From contig DATLGA010000059.1 in NCBI GenBank assembly GCA_035540715.1, positions 458 to 64,457 of the forward strand: a DNA stretch of 64,000 nucleotides, read 5' to 3'. The stretch's first letter is position 1; each line of letters begins with the position of its first letter. Under the pieces are notes generated by a model that had not been told where the DNA came from, ran no database searches, and worked only from the letters and a program-made list of their open reading frames with translations. Below, in pieces: positions 18,649 through 25,695 of the stretch. A program made the position numbers and the translations under genes. This DNA comes from Candidatus Limnocylindrales bacterium. GTDB taxonomy: Bacteria > Chloroflexota > Limnocylindria > QHBO01.

Positions 18649-19626
18649 TCACGACTCGTCGCTCCGGAAGATGCGGAAGTTGATGACGCTCACCGCGACC
18701 ATGATCAGCGCCACCAGGAACGACATCGCCGCGGCGACGCTCAGCTCGAAACGACCGATCTGCGCGAACCCGACGTTGTAGATGTGGAGCAGGACGGGCG
18801 TCGTCTGCGCCGTCGGTGGCCCGCCGTTGGTGATGATCTGGGGCTGCCCGACCAGGTTGAACGATGCGATGACCTGCAGCGTGATGACGAGCAGGAGGAT
18901 CGGACGCAGGCTCGGAACCGTGATCGACTTGAACTGTTGCCACTTGTTGGCGCCGTCGATGGCCGACGCCTCGTACAGGTCGCGGGAGATCGCCTGCATG
19001 CCGGCCAGCAGGATGATCGTGTTGAACCCGATCGTCCACCAGACCGTGGCGATGAGGAGCGACAGCCAGGCCCACGGCTGCGACGTCAACCAGCCGACCG
19101 CCGGCAGGCCGAGGGCGGTCAGGACGTTCGTGATGAGCCCGCCCTGGCTCTGGAAGATCCACCACCACAAGAGGCCGATGACCGCGACGGACAGCGTCCA
19201 CGGTGCGAAATAGACGCTGCGGAAGAGATTGCGGCCGGGAAACCGGCCGTTGAGCAGGGCCGCCAGCGCGAGGCTGAAGCCCACGAGCGTCGGCACGCTG
19301 ATGATGACGAACAGGACCGTGTTCCACAGCGTCTGCCAGAACCGGCCGAAGTGAATGCTGCCCGGCGTGAACAGGTCGATGTAGTGCTTCAGGCCGACCC
19401 ACGGGGCCGGGATGCCCTGGCGGTCACGCGCGATGAAGAAGTCCTGGAAGCTGATGATCAGGCCGAAGATGAACGGCCAGCCGACGAAGACGAGGAAGAT
19501 GGCCAGGTGCGGCAGGATGAAGAGGTACGGCGTGTACCACTTCTCGCCGATCCGCCGCCGGCGGCTGGTCGTGGTCGGGCGACGCGGGGTGTCGGGTGGA
19601 GCGAGCGGGGCAGCCCCGGCTGTCAT
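18649..19626 (-). CDS. Carbohydrate ABC transporter permease (MalF/CUT1 type)
   Basis: 325 aa with the EAA-type loop LYEASAIDGANKWQQFKSIT and multiple transmembrane segments. Confidence 0.9.
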   Translation of the reverse strand: MTAGAAPLAPPDTPRRPTTTSRRRRIGEKWYTPYLFILPHLAIFLVFVGWPFIFGLIISFQDFFIARDRQGIPAPWVGLKHYIDLFTPGSIHFGRFWQTLWNTVLFVIISVPTLVGFSLALAALLNGRFPGRNLFRSVYFAPWTLSVAVIGLLWWWIFQSQGGLITNVLTALGLPAVGWLTSQPWAWLSLLIATVWWTIGFNTIILLAGMQAISRDLYEASAIDGANKWQQFKSITVPSLRPILLLVITLQVIASFNLVGQPQIITNGGPPTAQTTPVLLHIYNVGFAQIGRFELSVAAAMSFLVALIMVAVSVINFRIFRSDES

Positions 19627-19683
19627 GCGAACCCTCCATCGGTGCGGTCCGGCGGCCGGCTCCGAGCCGGCCGCCGGTGCCGA

Positions 19684-21066
19684 TCAGTAGTCGTATCGCT
19701 CCTTGGTCTCCTGGATGATCTGGGTGAACCGCTGCGCCGACTCGTCGAGCAGCTGTTGTGGGTCACCGCCCTCGGCGAGCACCGAGACGACCGCCTCGGT
19801 CGCACCACCGGCTCCGAAGTGGAGCTCCGGCGCGCCGGGGAAGGCCGGGTAGAACTGGGCGGCGTCGACCTGCTCCGCGATCGTCGGGATGTGCGGGATC
19901 TCGGCGAACGCCGAATCCTCGCGCACCTCGGCGCGCGCCGGAACCTGGCCGGCCCTGGCCCACTCGGTCGCGTTCCGCGTGATCCAGTCGATGAAGTAGT
20001 ACGCCGCCTGCCGCTCCTCGTCGCTCACGCCTTCCATCACGGCGAGGTTGTGGGAGCCGGCCCAGACGCCCTCACCGAAGATCTGTGGGACGGGGCCCGC
20101 GCCGAGGTTGTCACCGAGTCCCTCGGCCAGCCGGCTGAGCTGCCACGGGCCCGCGACGATCATGCCGCTGCTCCCCTCGAGGAAGGCCGGCAGCTCGGCG
20201 TCGACCTCGACGCCCGACGGATGAAGCCCCTGGTCGACCAGATCGCGCATGAACTGCGCGGCCTGAACGCCGGCCTCGCTGTTGTACGTGGCCTCGGTGT
20301 AGTCGTCGTTCGTCCACTCGCCGCCGCCCTGGTAGAAGAGCGACGCCCACAGCAGCCCCGCGCTGAAGCCGTGGTTGCTCCAGATCGGCCCGGTGTAGCC
20401 GGCGTCGTTGAGCGCCTGCGCCGCGGCCACGAACTCCTCCTCGCTGTTCGGCGGGGCGTCGGGGTCGAGGCCCGCCTCCTCGAAGGCTTCGCGGTTCCAG
20501 TAGAAGGTCAACGGGTGGATGTCGAGCGGCACGCCGTAGCGCTCGCCCTTCCATTCGGTGTTGTTCCAGACGGCCTCGGTGAAGTCGCCACCCTCGAGCT
20601 CGAGGAGATCGACGAGGTCACCGATCGGGGTGATGATCCCGTCCTCGGACTGCTGCGGGATCTGGTCCAGATGCACGACGCCGACGTGGGGCAGGTTGCC
20701 CGCCTGCGCGGCCGTGCTGAGCTTCTGGTAGTACTCCGCCTGGGTGGTCAGGTTGACGGTGACCGTGGTCCCCTCGGCGTTGAACTCGTCGACCAGGCGC
20801 TCCATGAACGGACCGTCCGGGCCGGTGAACGGGGTCCAGAACTCGAGGGTGACCTCCGACTCCGGCGGGTCCAGGGTTTCGACCTGGGTCGGCGGGCTCT
20901 CCCCGCCGCCGCCGCCGCCGCCTCCGCCGCCGTCCGTGTCGGTCCCGCCACGGCACGCGGCCAGCAGCAGTGCAAGAAGGACGACCACGACGAGTGCGGC
21001 GGGGCTGCCGGCGCGCCGGCTCCGCCGCTCGGGGCCTCGCCCCCGCCCCCAGAGATGCTCAGCCAC
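19684..21066 (-). CDS. Extracellular sugar-binding lipoprotein of the ABC transporter
   Basis: GTG start 21066 has AAGGAG 6 nt upstream. Lipobox LLAAC is followed by a poly-Gly linker. The SBP_bac_1-like body includes LEFWTPFTG and GPWQ. Confidence 0.88.
   Translation of the reverse strand: MAEHLWGRGRGPERRSRRAGSPAALVVVVLLALLLAACRGGTDTDGGGGGGGGGGESPPTQVETLDPPESEVTLEFWTPFTGPDGPFMERLVDEFNAEGTTVTVNLTTQAEYYQKLSTAAQAGNLPHVGVVHLDQIPQQSEDGIITPIGDLVDLLELEGGDFTEAVWNNTEWKGERYGVPLDIHPLTFYWNREAFEEAGLDPDAPPNSEEEFVAAAQALNDAGYTGPIWSNHGFSAGLLWASLFYQGGGEWTNDDYTEATYNSEAGVQAAQFMRDLVDQGLHPSGVEVDAELPAFLEGSSGMIVAGPWQLSRLAEGLGDNLGAGPVPQIFGEGVWAGSHNLAVMEGVSDEERQAAYYFIDWITRNATEWARAGQVPARAEVREDSAFAEIPHIPTIAEQVDAAQFYPAFPGAPELHFGAGGATEAVVSVLAEGGDPQQLLDESAQRFTQIIQETKERYDY
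20903..20932. repeat. Trinucleotide tract (CCG)6-CCT-(CCG)3 encoding the Gly9-10 linker of the sugar-binding lipoprotein
   Basis: Read directly from the sequence. It is in-frame, within the mature N-terminal linker (TDGGGGGGGGGESPP). Confidence 0.7.
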
Positions 21067-21123
21067 GATGTGCTCCTTCGTTACTGGCTCGGGACGCCGG
21101 CGCGACGATCCACTGCGCCGATG

Positions 21124-21143
21124 TTCTTGGTGTGATCCGAGAA
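21124..21143. promoter_or_regulatory. Imperfect inverted repeat TTCTTGG-N6-CCGAGAA in the divergent promoter region; candidate operator
   Basis: It lies in the only locally AT-richer stretch of the 137-bp gap between the binding-protein gene and the ArsR-like gene. A TATAGT -10-like hexamer follows at 21154-21159. Arms match at 6 of 7 positions. Confidence 0.3.
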
Positions 21144-21203
21144 ACTTAGCAGGTATAGTCAACCCGCCGGCGGCGACGGCAGCGGCGTCGGCGGAGGAGG
21201 GCC

Positions 21204-22181
21204 ATGACGACCGGAAAGACGATCCACATCGATGCCGGAGCCCCGAGCGACGGCACGATCCGCGTCCTGAAGGCACTCGGCAACGAGGCCCGCATCGACA
21301 TCCTGCGCCAGCTCGGCGACCGCGTGGCGTCGGTCGGCCAGCTCGCGAGCGAGCTCGGCCTGGCGCAGTCGACCGCCTCGATGCACGTGATCGTGCTCGA
21401 GCAGGCCGGGCTGCTGCACACGGAGATGCGGGGCGCGACCCGCGGGCTGCAGAAGGTCTGCGCGCGCACGTACGACGAGGTCGTCATCCAGCTGCCCCGA
21501 GGCGCGCCCGCAGACGCGAACGTGATCGAGCACAGCATGCCGATCGGCGGCTTCAGCGACTTCGAGGTCGAGCCGACGTGCGGGCTCGCCAGCGCCACGA
21601 AGCTGATCGGCTTCCTCGACGATCCCGCATCGTTCTACGAGCCGGGCCGGTTGTCGGCGCAGCTGCTGTGGTTCGGGCGCGGCTACGTCGAGTACCGGTT
21701 CCCGAACCGCCTGCCGCCCATGGCCCGAGCCACCATGCTGCAGGTCGCCGCGGAGATGTGCTCCGAGGCGCCGCTCCACGACCCGCGATGGCCCAGCGAC
21801 CTCACGCTGTGGGTCAACGGGGTCGAGGTCGGCACGTGGACGTCTCCCGGCGACTTCGGTGGCGAGCGCGGCCGGTACACCCCGGCATGGTGGGAGACGA
21901 AGGACAGCCAGTACGGGGTCCTCAAGCGTTGGCGCGTCACCGCCGACGGCAGCACGGTCGACGGCATGGCCGTCTCGGACGTGACCCTGGCACAGCTCGA
22001 CCTGAGCCCCGGTTCGCCGATCCGCGTCCGGATCGGCGTGAAGGCGGACGCCGCTCACGTCGGCGGGCTCAACCTGTTCGGCCGGAGGTTCGGGAACTAC
22101 CAGCAGGACATCGTGCTGTCCATGGAGTACGAGGCGGGCGCCTTCAGCCACGGGCTGAGGCGGCCGCCGCCGGCCGACTGA
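21204..22181 (+). CDS. ArsR/SmtB-type winged-helix regulator with a ~220-aa C-terminal domain of unknown function
   Basis: The N-terminal segment LKALGNEARIDILRQLGD...SVGQLASELGLAQSTASMHVIVLEQAGLL is a canonical ArsR HTH. I cannot assign residues ~105-325. GGAGGAGGG lies upstream of the ATG. Confidence 0.8.
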   Translation: MTTGKTIHIDAGAPSDGTIRVLKALGNEARIDILRQLGDRVASVGQLASELGLAQSTASMHVIVLEQAGLLHTEMRGATRGLQKVCARTYDEVVIQLPRGAPADANVIEHSMPIGGFSDFEVEPTCGLASATKLIGFLDDPASFYEPGRLSAQLLWFGRGYVEYRFPNRLPPMARATMLQVAAEMCSEAPLHDPRWPSDLTLWVNGVEVGTWTSPGDFGGERGRYTPAWWETKDSQYGVLKRWRVTADGSTVDGMAVSDVTLAQLDLSPGSPIRVRIGVKADAAHVGGLNLFGRRFGNYQQDIVLSMEYEAGAFSHGLRRPPPAD

Positions 22182-22231
22182 GCGTTTCGGGCGGTCGACC
22201 CGGTCGCGGGTGCGGCGGCTAGACTGCCCCG

Positions 22232-23182
22232 GTGGCGTTGATCAGCACCCGAGCGCTGACCAAGCGGTATCCCGGCGGCATCACCGCGCTGGACGGGCTG
22301 TCCGTCGACATCGAGGAGGGCATCGTCGGCCTGGTCGGCGCCAACGGAGCCGGCAAGAGCACGCTCATCAAGATCCTCCTCGGGCTCGTCCCGGCCAGCG
22401 ACGGCGAGGCCCGCGTCTTCGGGCTCGACGCCGCAACGCACGGCTCCGCGATCCGCGAGCTGGTCGGCTACATGCCCGAGCACGACTCCCTGCCGACCGA
22501 CGTGTCGGCGACCGAGTTCGTGTCGCACATGGCCCGGGTGTCGGGCCTGCCCGCCGGCGCGGCGCGCGAGCGCACGGCCGACGTCCTGCGCCACGTCGGC
22601 CTGTACGAGGAGCGCTACCGCCCGATCGGCGGCTATTCCACCGGCATGAAGCAGCGCGTCAAGCTGGCGCAGGCGCTGGTCCACGACCCGCGGATCCTCT
22701 TCCTCGACGAGCCGACGAACGGCCTCGATCCCGCCGGTCGGGACGAGATGCTCGGGCTGATCGAGCGGATCGGCCGTGACTTCGGGATGACGGCCATCGT
22801 GGCCAGCCACCTCCTCGGCGAGATCGAGCGCGTCGCCGATTGGCTCGTGGCCATCGATGCGGGGCGCCTCCTGCACACGGCGGCCCTGTCGAGCTTCACC
22901 GAGCGCACCGGCCAGCTCCTGGTCGAGACCGAGGAGGCCGGCGATCCGCTCGCCGCCGCGCTCGCGGCGCGCGGCATCGAGGCCCACGCCGACGGGCGCA
23001 GCGTGGTCATCGAGCTCGCCGCCACCCGCGACGGGGATCATGCCGTCTACGACGCCGTCCGCGACGAGTCGGTCGCGCTCGGGCTACCCCTCGTCCGCAT
23101 CGAGCACCGCCGCCACCGGCTCGAGGACCTGTTCCGCGTCGCCGAGGCCGCCGCGGAGGGAGCCGATGACCGCGTCGCCTGA
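22232..23182 (+). CDS. ABC transporter ATP-binding protein (ABC-2 exporter type), copy 1
   Basis: Walker A GANGAGKST, signature YSTGMKQR, Walker B LFLDEP. Confidence 0.9.
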   Translation: MALISTRALTKRYPGGITALDGLSVDIEEGIVGLVGANGAGKSTLIKILLGLVPASDGEARVFGLDAATHGSAIRELVGYMPEHDSLPTDVSATEFVSHMARVSGLPAGAARERTADVLRHVGLYEERYRPIGGYSTGMKQRVKLAQALVHDPRILFLDEPTNGLDPAGRDEMLGLIERIGRDFGMTAIVASHLLGEIERVADWLVAIDAGRLLHTAALSSFTERTGQLLVETEEAGDPLAAALAARGIEAHADGRSVVIELAATRDGDHAVYDAVRDESVALGLPLVRIEHRRHRLEDLFRVAEAAAEGADDRVA

Positions 23183-24050
23183 GGCCGCCGGCACGATCTA
23201 CGACATCGGCTTCCGCCACTACGACGGTCCGCGACTGGGCCGCCGCGGCGCGATCGCGGCCATCGTCGGCGCCGGCGTGCGAGCCGTCTTCGGCTTCGGT
23301 CGCTCGGGGCGCGCCAAGATCCTGCCGTGGGGCGCGGTCGTCCTGGCCATGCTGCCGGCCGGGGTGGCGGTCGCGATCCGCGTCCTGGTCGGCGACCTCG
23401 TGGAGCTGTACAACTACGAGAACTATCTGTGGGGCATCGGCGCGCTCCTGCCGATCTTCGTGGCGGCGCAGGCCCCCGAGCTCGTCGTGAACGACATGCG
23501 CCACCACGTGCTGCCGCTCTACTTCAGCCGCCCGCTCAGCCGTCTCGACTACGTCGCCGCCAAGCTGGCCGCGCTCGCGCTCGGCCTGCTGTCGTTGACG
23601 CTCGGCCCGGTGCTGCTGCTCTTCCTCGGCCGCATCCTGGCCGCCGATGACGTCGTCGTCGGCATCGGTGACGAGGTGGCCGCGCTGCCGGCGATCGTCG
23701 GCAGCGGCCTGCTGCATGCGGCCGTCCTGGCGAGCATCGGCCTGGCCATCAGCTCGCTGGCGGGACGGCGTGCCTACGCTGCCGGCGCCGTGCTCGCCGT
23801 CTTCCTGGTCGGTGGAGTGGTGAGCGGCATCCTGGCCGAGCAGGGTGGCGCGTTGCTCGACGTCGCGCCGTTCACCAACCCGCTCGCGGTGCTGGACGGC
23901 GTGCGCGAGTGGCTGTTCGGCGGGCGGGTCGCCGACTCGCCGGTCGGCTCGTCCAGCGTCCCACCGCCGCTATACGCGGTGGCAGCCCTCCTCCTGACGG
24001 CGGCCTCGTGGACCACCCTCGCCCTTCGCTATCGGAGCGTCACGACGTGA
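23166..24050 (+). CDS. ABC-2 type transporter permease, copy 1
   Basis: Start ATG 23166 overlaps the upstream gene by 17 nt. A cytoplasmic N-terminus (IYDIGFRHYDGPRLGRRG) is followed by about 6 hydrophobic segments. Confidence 0.7.
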   Translation: MTASPEAAGTIYDIGFRHYDGPRLGRRGAIAAIVGAGVRAVFGFGRSGRAKILPWGAVVLAMLPAGVAVAIRVLVGDLVELYNYENYLWGIGALLPIFVAAQAPELVVNDMRHHVLPLYFSRPLSRLDYVAAKLAALALGLLSLTLGPVLLLFLGRILAADDVVVGIGDEVAALPAIVGSGLLHAAVLASIGLAISSLAGRRAYAAGAVLAVFLVGGVVSGILAEQGGALLDVAPFTNPLAVLDGVREWLFGGRVADSPVGSSSVPPPLYAVAALLLTAASWTTLALRYRSVTT

Positions 24051-24958
24051 GCCGCATCGTCCTTGCCGATGTCTCGCGCTGGTACGGCAACGTCGTCGCG
24101 GTGAACGACGTCAGCTTCGAGATCGGGCCGGGCATCACGGGGCTGCTCGGTCCGAACGGCGCCGGCAAGACGACGCTCCTCCATCTCATGGCCGGGTTCC
24201 TCGCCCCCTCGGCCGGGACGGTCGAGCTCGATGGCATGCCGGCGTGGAAGCGTCCGGAGCTCTACCGCTCGATCGGGTTCGTTCCCGAGCGCGAGGCGGT
24301 GCAGCCGTTCCTGACCGGTCGGCAGTTCGTGCAGGCCGCCGCCCGGCTCCACGGCCTCGCCGACGCGGGAGCGGCCGCCGAGCGAGCCATCGCGATGGTG
24401 GACCTCCCGCAGGCCGCGGGCCGGTCCATCGGCGGGTACTCGAAGGGCATGCGGCAGCGCATCAAGGTGGCGTCGGCGCTCGTTCACGACCCACCCGTCC
24501 TCATCCTCGACGAGCCCTTCAACGGCATGGACCCCCGGCAACGCGTCCACATGATGGATCTCCTGCGACGCATGGCCGCCGAGGGGCGCACGATCCTCTT
24601 CAGCAGCCACATCCTCGAAGAGGTCGAGCGGCTGTCGGACCGCGTCCTCGTCGTGGTGGCCGGGCGCCTCGCCGCGGCGGGCGACTTCCGCCGCATTCGG
24701 CGGCTCATGACCGACCGGCCCCACAGCTTCACGGTGCGCTCCACCGACGACCGCTCCCTCGCTCGCGAGCTGCTCGCGCTGCCCCGCGTCGCGGCGGTCG
24801 AGCTGCGCGATGGCACGCTCACGGTGCGGACCGGCGACTACGGCGAGCTCACCCGCGGCGTGGCTCCGGCAGCCCAGCGCGCCGGCGTCTCGCTTCTCGA
24901 GCTTCGGCCCGCCGACGAATCGCTCGAGTCGGTGTTCAGCTACCTCGTGCGCCGATGA
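24047..24958 (+). CDS. ABC transporter ATP-binding protein (ABC-2 exporter type), copy 2
   Basis: GTG start overlaps the upstream stop (GTGA). Walker A GPNGAGKTT, signature YSKGMRQR, Walker B LILDEP. Confidence 0.9.
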   Translation: MSRIVLADVSRWYGNVVAVNDVSFEIGPGITGLLGPNGAGKTTLLHLMAGFLAPSAGTVELDGMPAWKRPELYRSIGFVPEREAVQPFLTGRQFVQAAARLHGLADAGAAAERAIAMVDLPQAAGRSIGGYSKGMRQRIKVASALVHDPPVLILDEPFNGMDPRQRVHMMDLLRRMAAEGRTILFSSHILEEVERLSDRVLVVVAGRLAAAGDFRRIRRLMTDRPHSFTVRSTDDRSLARELLALPRVAAVELRDGTLTVRTGDYGELTRGVAPAAQRAGVSLLELRPADESLESVFSYLVRR

Positions 24959-25683
24959 CCGCGACCCTCGTCTCGCTGACGCTCCGCGGCCTGCTCAACC
25001 GCCGCCGGACCCTGCTCCTGGCGCTCATCGGCGGCGTGATCATCCTCATCGCCGCCGTCTACCGCATCTCCGACCCCGCTGAGGCGGACTCGGCGCGCTT
25101 CGTCGGGAGGCTGCTGGCGGACTTCGGGCTCGGGGTCCTCATGCCGCTCGTCGCGGTCATCGTCGCGACAGCGGCGCTCGGCTCCGAGATCGAGGAGGGC
25201 ACCATCGTGTACCTCCTTGCAAGGCCGGTATCGAGAGCCCGCATCGTGTACGCCAAGCTGCTCGTCTGCTGGCTTGTCCTGCTGGCGCTCGTCGCCCTGC
25301 CGATCCTCGTGTCAGGGGTCATCGGTCGAGGCGGGAACCCGGATCTCGCCCTGGCCTACGCCGCGGCTGCGGCGATCGGCTCCCTCGAGTACGCGGCGGT
25401 GTTCGTGGCGCTGTCGCTGGTGACATCGCGCGCGCTGGTCATCGGCCTGGCGTACGTGGTCGTGTGGGAGGGCGTCGTCGCGGGGCTCTTCGCGGGGACG
25501 CGCATCATCTCCGTTCGCCAGCACGCCGTCGCGGTGGCGGATGCGCTCGGCGGCGAAGGGGCCGTGGCCGCGGAGCTGGAGCCGGCCGTCGCGTTCGTCG
25601 CCGCCGCGATCGTCGTCGCCGTCGCGTTCGTCGTCGCGGTACGCCGGCTCGAGCGCGTGGAGCTGCGCGGCGAGACGGCGTAG
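24955..25683 (+). CDS. ABC-2 type transporter permease, copy 2
   Basis: ATGA overlap with the upstream gene. 242 aa with about 6 hydrophobic segments. Confidence 0.75.
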   Translation: MTATLVSLTLRGLLNRRRTLLLALIGGVIILIAAVYRISDPAEADSARFVGRLLADFGLGVLMPLVAVIVATAALGSEIEEGTIVYLLARPVSRARIVYAKLLVCWLVLLALVALPILVSGVIGRGGNPDLALAYAAAAAIGSLEYAAVFVALSLVTSRALVIGLAYVVVWEGVVAGLFAGTRIISVRQHAVAVADALGGEGAVAAELEPAVAFVAAAIVVAVAFVVAVRRLERVELRGETA

Positions 25684-25695
25684 CTCCCGGGGACC

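Noticed and set aside
18628-21135. 835-aa plus-strand ORF across the sugar ABC permease and binding-protein genes
   Set aside because: It is an antisense shadow. The opposite-strand frames have clear permease EAA loops and a lipoprotein signal peptide.
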